41,981 bases of DNA from Promethearchaeota archaeon (lineage in GTDB: Archaea > Asgardarchaeota > Hermodarchaeia > Hermodarchaeales > Hermodarchaeaceae): NCBI GenBank assembly GCA_048937435.1, contig JBHLNC010000001.1, forward strand, positions 1-41,981, in the 5' to 3' direction. This document shows positions 19,183 to 27,628 of this stretch, piece after piece (the first letter of the stretch is position 1; every line of letters starts with the position of its first letter). Position numbers and translations under genes: made by a program. Below the pieces are notes generated by a model. The model made no database searches. It had not been told where the DNA came from and saw only the letters and a list, made by a program, of their open reading frames with translations.

Positions 19183-20612
19183 GCATGAATAGGCGGTTGG
19201 CGTTTATTCCAAGGCTTGGCGGCTTCAAGTTGGGAGGCAAGTCGGAAGAGGATTGCTTCATCCCCGAATCGACTAACGAAGTGTGATCCGATTGGTAAGC
19301 CTTCGCTATTCCAGTGTAGGGGAACGGACATAGCTGGTTGTCCAGTAATGTTTTGAATTTGTGTAAAGGGAGCGAATTCACCAGCGCGCAGGAAACCTTT
19401 CATGGGATGTTCTGGAGGTCCATCAAAATGACCTAGAAGTACTGGAGGTTCTATGAGAGTGGGAGTGAGCCAAATGTCAAAATCAAGAAAGAAGCGAGCA
19501 ATATCTCGAGATATTCGTTGAAGATTATTAATTGAAAACATGTAATCACCAGCAGTAAATTGCCGTCCGATATTGGCTAATTCCCAAGAGAGGGGTTCGA
19601 CCTGATCTTGACTAATTGGGTTCCCAGTTTCTTGTTCAAAAGTTTTGAATGCAGCAGTGATAGCTCCAGAATAGAGAGTTACGAAACTTTGATACATGGC
19701 TTGAATATCGAATTCAGGATTTGCTTCGACCATCTTATGACCATGCTCAGAACATAGCGAGACAGCTACTTCTATCGCCTTCACACAGTCGGGATGGGCG
19801 ATGACTCCAGTAATGGCTTTTGATGTGTATGCTATGCGTAACTTGCCCGGATCAGCACCAACTTCTTCAAGATATGGACGTTTTTGTGGAGGTGCCCAGT
19901 AGGGATCCCCTAAATCTGGACCAGCGGTTGCGTCCAATAACGCTGCACTGTCTCGAACAGAGACAGTTAAGGCATGTTCAACAGCGAGCCCACCTTGAAC
20001 ATCCCCATACATGGGTCCCATGGGATTTCGAGCACGTGTGGGCTTAAGCCCGAAGAGTCCACAACAGGAGGCCGGAATTCGGATAGAACCACCTCCATCG
20101 TTCCCATGAGCCATGGGGACAATTCCTGCAGCAACAGCAGCAGCAGTTCCACCACTGGAACCACCGCTTGTCCGATCAGGATTCCATGGGTTTCGTGTTG
20201 GTCCAAAGAAAAGGGGTTCGGTAGTTGGTAAGATTCCGAATTCAGGAGTGTTGGTTTTGCCGACGATGATCAGGCCAGCGCGTTTGAGCCGTATGACCAG
20301 TTCACTATCAAAATTGGGTACATAATCTTTGAATGCCGAGGACCCATAGGTCAATCGCACACCAGCATATGAGGCAAAAACATCTTTGAGAAGGAATGGC
20401 ACACCCGTGAAAGGTCCTTTTGGTAATTTTCCTTCAGCAATGTGGCGTGCTTCTTCGTACATCGGGGTAATGACTGCGTTGATTTTTGGATTGAGACGTT
20501 CGATACGTTCAATCACAATCTCTACCAATTCTGATGGGGTTACTTCTTTTTGACGCACTAATTCTGCGAGAGCAGTGGCATCAAGTTGTGTTAATTCACG
20601 AGAGTCAATCAT
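19179..20612 (-). CDS. Amidase (amidase-signature family)
   Basis: GGSSGG signature within [16 protein letters not shown], upstream catalytic-Lys context FLLKD, 477 aa. Confidence 0.9.
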
Positions 20613-20924
20613 GATTTCACCAACACCATTTGTTACCCATGTTTTATGGCGTCAGATTTTTTATACTCTTGTCATCGATTCATCTTTTTTATAGACTAAG
20701 TTTTGCTGCTTCTTTGATAACATTGAATATTCCCTGCTTCATGCAGACAACCATTGTGCGTGTTTTCTTATTTTTTGTATTAGGAATATTATTTGTGGAT
20801 TAACAAAAGATTGATTAAGAAGTCCTATAGAATAATGATAATATATAATATATATAGTAATTTTTTATTTGACTGCTTAACACATGCCAATACCAACCTC
20901 TATTAAATCGGAGAACCGAACACC

Positions 20925-21944
20925 TTGACAATGGTTGCCATACTCATTCCCATCATAGTATTGCTTATTATCGCGAGTATCGTAGCCTTCGCAATTGGAT
21001 CAAATGATAGTACCATGGCCGCCGTCGTGGGGGCTAAAGTCCTTTCACTAAGAAATGCTGTGATTTTAAGCGGTATTCTATTAATCATAGGAGCCGTGGT
21101 ATTAGGTCAAGGTGTTAGCAACACCATTGGCTCAAATATGGTCAAACAACCCCTTTCGATTGATCTAATTTTAGTCATTTCGATAGCAATTATCGTTTGG
21201 ATGCTAATTAGTGCCTATCGGGGCTATCCGATTTCAGCCACTCACTCGATCGTTGGAAGCATAGTAGGTATTGGACTGTGGGGAGAGCTGGTTTTAGGTA
21301 CACCTATTGTCCAATGGGAAACTTTTTCCATTATTGTTATTGGCTGGATTTTGAGTCCCATTTTTAGTTTTGTCATGGCATTTTTACTTCAACGCTATAT
21401 CCGAAGAACATTTGTGTCAAAGGGAAGAAGCCTAATTGAGGTGCAGCGAAGAGAGCAACTTTTCGGATTACTTTTACTGTTGATGGTCATTATTATCTGT
21501 CTGAGTCGGGGAGGAAATGATGTTGCAAAAGCCGTGGGTTTGTTGACGGTATTTGTTTTTGAACCCATCCAACTTATACTGTTGTTGTTTCTTGGTGGAT
21601 TTGGTATGGCAATAGGGTTATTTTTTTTGGGACGTCGTGTGGTTCAGACAGTGGGAATGGAATTAACTGTCCTTCGTCCAAGTACGAGTTTTTCATCAGC
21701 AACAGCAGGGGCGATTGTGTTGTTGGTTGGTACCTTATGGGGGATACCTATCGCTGCAACACATATCCTTTTAACGTCGATAATTGGAGCAGGAATAGCA
21801 AACCAGGTACCCACGAATAAATCAATTTTACGAATGCTGATTTTAACCTCGTTTCTTACTGTTCCCATATCGGCAGCACTTGCCATCTGCATTTGGGGAA
21901 TTTATCAGTTGACACTCACTTTTATTATCCTACCAGTTCTATGA
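20925..21944 (+). CDS. Inorganic phosphate transporter, PiT family
   Basis: The duplicated PiT signature is present (GSNDSTMAAVVGA and GGNDVAKAVG) and the protein is polytopic. The track start is TTG; ATG at 20931 is the likelier start. Confidence 0.85.
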   Translation: MTMVAILIPIIVLLIIASIVAFAIGSNDSTMAAVVGAKVLSLRNAVILSGILLIIGAVVLGQGVSNTIGSNMVKQPLSIDLILVISIAIIVWMLISAYRGYPISATHSIVGSIVGIGLWGELVLGTPIVQWETFSIIVIGWILSPIFSFVMAFLLQRYIRRTFVSKGRSLIEVQRREQLFGLLLLLMVIIICLSRGGNDVAKAVGLLTVFVFEPIQLILLLFLGGFGMAIGLFFLGRRVVQTVGMELTVLRPSTSFSSATAGAIVLLVGTLWGIPIAATHILLTSIIGAGIANQVPTNKSILRMLILTSFLTVPISAALAICIWGIYQLTLTFIILPVL

Positions 21945-22108
21945 GTGGAATTGATTGCCATTAATCCCTATGTACAAGAGGAATCATAGACGAAAAAGTT
22001 GATTCTAAAGCTAAATCAGGCCCTTTTAGTTGTTATATGCAACTCTCATAGAATTCGTAGACTAATCTACCAAATTTCCAGATTTGACATTGACGAAGCC
22101 AGTAGGAG

Positions 22109-23422
22109 CTATACACGTTTTGTCGACTCGTCATCAGAGGCATTTTTCGCTTTTTCATCTTTCGATAGGGCAATTAAGTGTGGAAGTTTGTTGTCTAGGA
22201 AGGCTCTAACATTATCTAAACAGGTTTGATCCAAATTAATACAATGAATGTCTATTAGGGCATTTCGTAAAATATTGAACGGGGTTTCTCCTACTCCACC
22301 GGCCAGAAGCACATTGGCATTGACATGTAAAATCGCTTTTGCTGAATTTATGCCACGTTGTTTATTTTGTGAACTACCTGGATTTTTCATAGTTTTTGAA
22401 TGAAAAAGGTCTCCATGTTTAACATCTATGAGCAAGAAATATGGTGCTGTCTCGAAATTAGGGTTAGGTAGAGATTCTGGGGTTGAATTAGCCTTATTGA
22501 CAGGAATCGCTATCCGAAACGATTCAATTCTTGTAGGTTCAAGATGAACTAAAAATGTCAGCATTTCAGGAAAGGTAGCTGTTACCCTCCGTTCTATTTC
22601 CTCCGAAACCCTATAAGCTTGTGATAGAGACAAATCTGCTGCTACCTCTATGTGCATTTCACCAAAGCAGATAGGTCCTGCATGACGGACCTTTATATCG
22701 TGTATGCCTTGGACTCCCCTAACATTTGAAGCTAATTTTTCAATTTCCTCTACTTGTTCAGGATTCGTCACAGCATCCATCAAGACCAATACAGAATTAT
22801 AAGAAATCTCCAAGCTACTCTTCAAAATAACAAGACCTATGAAAAAACCAACCACAGCCTCAGCCCACCAAATGCCTATTCCTTCAAAAACTAGTCCGAT
22901 AAGAACTACAAATGATGCATAGAAATCCATTCTGTAATCCTGACCAACACTAGAAACAGCTTCACTCCCAGTTTCTCTTCCAACTTTTTTCAGATACCAA
23001 GACTTCACAAAAATGATAGGAACTGAAATGGTGGCCACAATTAAGGCAATATCATAAAACACAATTTCTATTGGTAAAAGAATGTGTAATATTGCCTGCC
23101 ATAAAACAAGTAATCCAGTTCCAAATATGAAGATTGCTACAATTAAAGCTGCCATTGTCTCCGCCTTGAAATACCCATAGGGATACTTCTGGCTCGGGGA
23201 GCGTTGAGCTAGCCATAGTCCAAGGTACACGGTTGATCCAGCAATCAAATCAGTAAAGGAATCGATAGCCTGGGCAAAGAGACCAACACTTCCTGAAAAA
23301 TAACCTATACTACCCTTTGTCAAGGCAAGGAGAATTACAACAACCATTGCCCATTTGATGACTCGTCGAGACCGCTCCAATTGTCGATCAATAATCGCCT
23401 TTGGTTGTGTCAAAATAATCAA
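22109..23422 (-). CDS. Cation diffusion facilitator (CDF) transporter fused to a C-terminal NifX/NifB-like (dinitrogenase FeMo-cofactor-binding fold) domain
   Basis: The N-terminal 6-TM CDF core has FTDLIAGS...KYPYGYFKAETMAAL. A cytoplasmic ZT-dimer-like segment follows. The last ~140 aa (FRIAIPVNK...NFETAPYFLLIDV...NVLLAGGVGETPFNILRNALIDI) match the Nitro_FeMo-Co pattern. Confidence 0.85.
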   Translation of the reverse strand: MIILTQPKAIIDRQLERSRRVIKWAMVVVILLALTKGSIGYFSGSVGLFAQAIDSFTDLIAGSTVYLGLWLAQRSPSQKYPYGYFKAETMAALIVAIFIFGTGLLVLWQAILHILLPIEIVFYDIALIVATISVPIIFVKSWYLKKVGRETGSEAVSSVGQDYRMDFYASFVVLIGLVFEGIGIWWAEAVVGFFIGLVILKSSLEISYNSVLVLMDAVTNPEQVEEIEKLASNVRGVQGIHDIKVRHAGPICFGEMHIEVAADLSLSQAYRVSEEIERRVTATFPEMLTFLVHLEPTRIESFRIAIPVNKANSTPESLPNPNFETAPYFLLIDVKHGDLFHSKTMKNPGSSQNKQRGINSAKAILHVNANVLLAGGVGETPFNILRNALIDIHCINLDQTCLDNVRAFLDNKLPHLIALSKDEKAKNASDDESTKRV

Positions 23423-23538
23423 CCAATACTAATACTTAGTGAACCTGATGACAGGGGGATGATGAATAACAATTTAATGAATATCAAAAAGCTATTGGTA
23501 ATATTCGAAATTTCAAAACATAGGTCAAACTACTTGCT

Positions 23539-24171
23539 CTATGTATCTGCTGGGTCTAAGTGAAACTCATTCAGCGGTTCGTTTGAATTGGTCTGAAGTT
23601 CCTCTATTGTTTTGTAAGAATCCCAGAGAGTACCTTGGAATCTCGCAAAGGGAATAATCAGTATAAATTGGACCGCAAACATGACAAATAGGCGGATTAT
23701 TACGACTGCTAGTGGACCCCAGAGAAGGAATAGTGAAGTCTCTAGCAGGATAAATGTTGGAGCGAATAGCTTAGAAGCTGTGAAAGAGGCAAGGTTAATG
23801 AGGAATAATCCAAAGCTGAATATGAAGTACAATAGCAGTTGGAGCGTGTTTCTTAGACTTCGTTGGGCGTTGTGTCTGAGTTCAGCGAATTTTTCTGCAG
23901 GGAATTCGTCAGGTTTGATCTCGATCAATTTTTTCGCTAAATAGAAATTGATTTCGTGGCTGATGATAGAGCCCATGATGGATAGTCCCAGAGCGTAGGT
24001 GATTGTGAGAAACATTATCAGGGGCATCCCCCATGCTGTGAGAAATTCGTGGGTGTATTCGAGAATGTATATTACGACAACAAATAGGAAACCCAGGAGA
24101 ATCCCCACCAGTGCAAGAATTGCATCAAAATGGACATCGGGACGTTGAAGTTTCATTGGTTTTGTTGTCAT
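23539..24171 (-). CDS. Hypothetical polytopic membrane protein
   Basis: 210-aa ORF with 4-5 hydrophobic helices. No family recognised. Confidence 0.55.
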   Translation of the reverse strand: MTTKPMKLQRPDVHFDAILALVGILLGFLFVVVIYILEYTHEFLTAWGMPLIMFLTITYALGLSIMGSIISHEINFYLAKKLIEIKPDEFPAEKFAELRHNAQRSLRNTLQLLLYFIFSFGLFLINLASFTASKLFAPTFILLETSLFLLWGPLAVVIIRLFVMFAVQFILIIPFARFQGTLWDSYKTIEELQTNSNEPLNEFHLDPADT

Positions 24172-24380
24172 TTGAAAGCTTCCAATTGGTTCGATTTATT
24201 TTTGATTCTTAATAGCTTGAATCGGGGAGATATATTGAATTTGTTCTTAAGAATGAATTCTTTGTGATGACGTGGAGAATTTATCGTTACCTACTATGAC
24301 ATACAAAAGAATGGTTTGATTGAAGAACTACTCGGAGTGAGTGCTATTCGGATGAATAGTGTTAATGATGATGTCGTGGT

Positions 24381-24575
24381 TTATTCTAGTTTGACCTTGA
24401 CGGCTTTGAGACCGCGGTCGCCTTCTTCAACTTCGAAGGTGACTTTATCGCCTTCGTTGAGGGCCTTATTGCCTTCGACTTCGCTACCGTGAACAAATAC
24501 GTCTGTTCCGGATTCTCGTTCGATGAAGCCGTAGTTTCGGTCGCGGTTAAACCATTTGACAGTTCCTTTTTCCAT
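24381..24575 (-). CDS. csp: Cold-shock domain protein (CspA family)
   Basis: [19 protein letters not shown]...VFVH contains the RNP1 (NYGFI) and RNP2 (VFVH) motifs. The track start (GTG at 24584) lies inside the SD, so the ATG at 24575 is the real start. Confidence 0.9.
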   Translation of the reverse strand: MEKGTVKWFNRDRNYGFIERESGTDVFVHGSEVEGNKALNEGDKVTFEVEEGDRGLKAVKVKLE

Positions 24576-24580
24576 ATGAT

Positions 24581-24587
24581 TCACCTC
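24581..24587 (-). promoter_or_regulatory. Shine-Dalgarno GAGGTGA for csp
   Basis: The minus strand reads CGAGGTGAATCATATG. There is a 5-nt spacer (ATCAT) between the SD and the ATG, and the SD is complementary to the conserved 16S 3' end. Confidence 0.6.
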
Positions 24588-24849
24588 GATTGTCTTCAGT
24601 TAGGTAAATTTCCCTTTCGGGAGGTTTGGCTGTGTCACGCAGCCGTGCTTTTCCTATGAACGGTGTTCAAGGGAATAGCTGCATAGCACGATAAGTAAAA
24701 TTTCTGATAAAAAACGAAATTGTCCTATTTGCTACTGTGTAAATGCTACAAATATGTGCTATTTAGGGGTTTCGATGATGCATGATATAGCAAGTAGGCT
24801 ATTCCAGATTCAGATTACCTGGTAAACGATTGGGGAATGGTATTGAGAA

Positions 24850-25698
24850 TTAAAAATCCATTATGGGCTTTGGAGCCACGATTTCTTCTTTAGGTGCGGT
24901 AAGTTTCAAGGCTTCATTGATGATATCTAAGGCTTTTTCGCGGTTATTGGGATCGATAGCGACCATTCCATAGGCTTTGATGCCCAGAATTCGTTGCACT
25001 AGCTGAGGTGATAATGCGCCCGGTAGATCTTGTTTATTAGCAATAGCCAGAAGCTGTGCGGCAATGTCTTTGCGGCGAATTAGGTCGATGATATCTTTGC
25101 TGTTCAGAACATTTTCGAGGGTTGAGTCAGTAACGAGGAGGATGATGCGGCTGCCACGGAAGTAGAGTTCCCAGAGTTTGCGGAAGCGGTCTTGTCCAGC
25201 AAAGTCCCAGGTGGAGATTTCGTAGGTGCCGATGCGGGCGCCTTCGATTTTTTGGATGTCAATGGCGATGGTCGGGACATAGCTTGTGGGAGGAACACCT
25301 CCATTTAGTAGAGTAACCAGAGTGGTTTTCCCGACGCCACCGTATCCGATGATGCTGACTTTGAGGGTGGTGACGACATAGTCGTCGACTTTTTCCATAA
25401 AGTCTTCGTATTCGACTTCGTAACTGATAACACGACGGAATTCATAGGTGACACGGTCGAGTTTTTCGCGGAGGGTATCATCGTCGTCCACACTTTCTGC
25501 ACAAAGTACGACTACACCGCGTCCGAGGGGTTTTCCGATGTATTTGATGGGACCAATTTCCTCGATAAGGGAATCTTGGGCCTCTTTGACGCGACCAGCG
25601 AAATCTTGCATTTCACCTTGATTTATGGTGATGATCCAGAATTTCTTCTGAACGACGATTTCGTCTCGTGCGTCGATGATGAAAACGTGGTGTATCAT
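24850..25698 (-). CDS. Small GTPase (Arf/Rab-like, Ras superfamily) with N-terminal longin/roadblock-like domain
   Basis: G1 is GYGGVGKT (aa 118-125). The switch-I Thr is in YVPTIAID. G3 is WDFAGQ (aa 164-169) and G4 is NKQD (aa 221-224). The N-terminal ~110 aa begin MIHHVFIIDARDEIVVQKKF, a longin-like first strand. Confidence 0.85.
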   Translation of the reverse strand: MIHHVFIIDARDEIVVQKKFWIITINQGEMQDFAGRVKEAQDSLIEEIGPIKYIGKPLGRGVVVLCAESVDDDDTLREKLDRVTYEFRRVISYEVEYEDFMEKVDDYVVTTLKVSIIGYGGVGKTTLVTLLNGGVPPTSYVPTIAIDIQKIEGARIGTYEISTWDFAGQDRFRKLWELYFRGSRIILLVTDSTLENVLNSKDIIDLIRRKDIAAQLLAIANKQDLPGALSPQLVQRILGIKAYGMVAIDPNNREKALDIINEALKLTAPKEEIVAPKPIMDF

Positions 25699-25839
25699 CC
25701 GGTATCCCCTGGTGACAGCATCCGCTATTGTCTTTTGTGTATTTCGGGTGAAGCTATTTCAACTTTCCGCACCAAAATAGAGAAGGAAGGTTTATGTTTA
25801 CTTTTGCATAAGGTTCATATGGTCGGCAACTAAAGCACT

Positions 25840-26610
25840 GTGGAGTCGATTTCGGTGGAAGTAACAAATCTAGGCAGTGGCGCATCGCTACTTTCTCCAG
25901 ACCGGGTTTTATCTGGCTTAATGATTGAAACTGCCGGCGAACCACTTATTTTTGATATGGGTGCCGGCGTGTTGCATCGTTTGTCGTGCAGTTTAGTTGA
26001 GTTAACACGGATTGAGCATTTGTTCATCAGTCATCTGCACGTGGATCATTGTTCAGATATTGTGGCGTTAGTCCAAAGCTTATGGCTAATGGGCTATGAA
26101 AAGACACTTAATGTGTATGGACCAAAGGCTATCCTGAAGATGGGAGAAGCGATTGGTGAGATGTTTCCATATCTTATTGGAAAAATCAAGATAAAATCCC
26201 ACACCATTTCTCCTGAGTTTCAAGTAAAGTCAAAGAACTGGACAGTCAAAGCGTTTCCTGTGAACCATGGCGACTTTGAAGCCTATGGCTATCACCTCGA
26301 AGCTGAGGGAAAGCGTATTGTATATTCAGGTGACACTGCACCAAGCGAAGATTTGGTAAAGGCTGCCAAAGGCGCAGATTTACTAATTCACGAATGCTCC
26401 CTTCCAGACCGTATGAAAGGAATGGCTCCAAATCATTCCACACCTGGTGAAGTCGGGAAGATAGCTTCGGACGCAGGTGTCAAAACCTTAGTGATTACCC
26501 ATTTGTATCCTGAGCTGATAGAAGAATTAGGTGACGCCCTTCGAAGTATTCGAGCAACCTTTTCTGGGAAAATCATTGTCCCACGCGATACCCAGATCAT
26601 TACCTTATAA
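25840..26610 (+). CDS. MBL-fold metallo-hydrolase
   Basis: HxHxDH motif (SHLHVDHCSD), later His/Asp ligands (YSGDT, LIHEC) and an N-terminal beta-strand LGSGAS typical of RNase Z/MBL proteins. GTG start. Confidence 0.8.
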   Translation: MESISVEVTNLGSGASLLSPDRVLSGLMIETAGEPLIFDMGAGVLHRLSCSLVELTRIEHLFISHLHVDHCSDIVALVQSLWLMGYEKTLNVYGPKAILKMGEAIGEMFPYLIGKIKIKSHTISPEFQVKSKNWTVKAFPVNHGDFEAYGYHLEAEGKRIVYSGDTAPSEDLVKAAKGADLLIHECSLPDRMKGMAPNHSTPGEVGKIASDAGVKTLVITHLYPELIEELGDALRSIRATFSGKIIVPRDTQIITL

Positions 26611-26657
26611 CGTGGAACCGAAAAATCCTTGAATGGCTAGTAACTTCTGGTGGCTTC

Positions 26658-27131
26658 ATGAACGAGCGAGAATTCCAAGACATGTTACACCAGGCTGTAC
26701 CCATTGAGCAATATATGCATGAGTGTTCAGAAGAGTGTAAACCGAAATACAACACCCGTCGAGTGGAATACACACTAAAACCGGACATACTTGAATCGAT
26801 TAAGACATTTGTTGACCAGTTTATTGTCGTGACTATTAGCGCTGATTGGTGTAAAGATTGCATAGCCAATGTACCGGTGCTTGATTTGGTTCACGAGGCT
26901 ACAGGCCTTCCTGTGTATATCTTGGGTGGTGTGAAAACTGATCCTCTGAATCCCGATCGACAATGGGCGGTTCCACCAAGTCCTCCTGAAGTGGATATAT
27001 TGGATATCAAAGCGATTCCAACGATTCTAATCTATACAAAGAATGGAAAGGAAATTGGTCGCATCATCGAGAACCCATCGATAAAACCCTCACTCGAAGA
27101 GGAACTCCTTTACTTCATGGAAAAAGGGTAA
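26658..27131 (+). CDS. Thioredoxin-like fold protein
   Basis: WCKDC (CxxC) active-site motif in SADWCKDCIANVPVL and a cis-Pro context IPTILIY. 157 aa. Confidence 0.75.
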   Translation: MNEREFQDMLHQAVPIEQYMHECSEECKPKYNTRRVEYTLKPDILESIKTFVDQFIVVTISADWCKDCIANVPVLDLVHEATGLPVYILGGVKTDPLNPDRQWAVPPSPPEVDILDIKAIPTILIYTKNGKEIGRIIENPSIKPSLEEELLYFMEKG

Positions 27132-27157
27132 TTGTGTGCGTACTGCATTGGATTGCT

Positions 27158-27511
27158 TTATAATCTTTCTTCGTCAATTTCTGGTCGATATGGAGTAGGA
27201 CCATCACCTTCGAAATGGATGAGCCCCTTCCCCCCACCACCATGACCTCCAATAAAATGAGCCCGGCGATCAGCATCTCGTTTTCTTCTTTCCAAATCTT
27301 TAGTACGTTTATCGGCTGGTAGAAGGAATAAGAGAAGGATGAGCCCAAGGAGCGCCCCGTAAACGCCAGCATAGAAAATATTGGTTATTAGCAAGAAAAA
27401 GAAAATTGACACTAGCACAATTATGAGTGATGCCACAAAATATTGACATCTTTTCTGCCTTTGGGTTAATCGTGGCTTTTGTGAATTGGTCGTGTTCAAA
27501 ATCCCATTCAC
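27158..27511 (-). CDS. Hypothetical membrane protein
   Basis: 117-aa ORF with two adjacent hydrophobic helices and a Gly-rich charged tail. Preferred over the overlapping 27115-27372 ORF, which lacks such structure. Confidence 0.45.
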   Translation of the reverse strand: MNGILNTTNSQKPRLTQRQKRCQYFVASLIIVLVSIFFFLLITNIFYAGVYGALLGLILLLFLLPADKRTKDLERRKRDADRRAHFIGGHGGGGKGLIHFEGDGPTPYRPEIDEERL

Positions 27512-27628
27512 CTCAATTTTATAAGATGAATTTATGGCTTTATAGTTATGTCCAGTGTAGACACTTATCGCTTCGTCCCTCCTAAAGCCTTTAAGTAATG
27601 GAAAGAATCTTCGGGGTGGGAGCGAACA

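Noticed and set aside
20613-20924. 312-bp AT-rich spacer with ATATATAATATATATAG, considered as a replication-origin element, mobile-element end or repeat
   Set aside because: It has no repeated ORB-like boxes, no flanking cdc6/orc1, integrase or direct repeats. Its position between divergent amidase and PiT genes is adequately explained as a double promoter region with TATA-like tracts.
23440-23480. C/D-box sRNA-like elements (CTGATGA and ATGATGA) in the spacer between the CDF gene and the membrane-protein gene; also GTGATGA at ~24264
   Set aside because: No CUGA D or D' boxes occur at the required 12-nt guide spacing. No terminal stem is present. These are isolated C-box-like heptamers expected by chance in AT-rich spacers.
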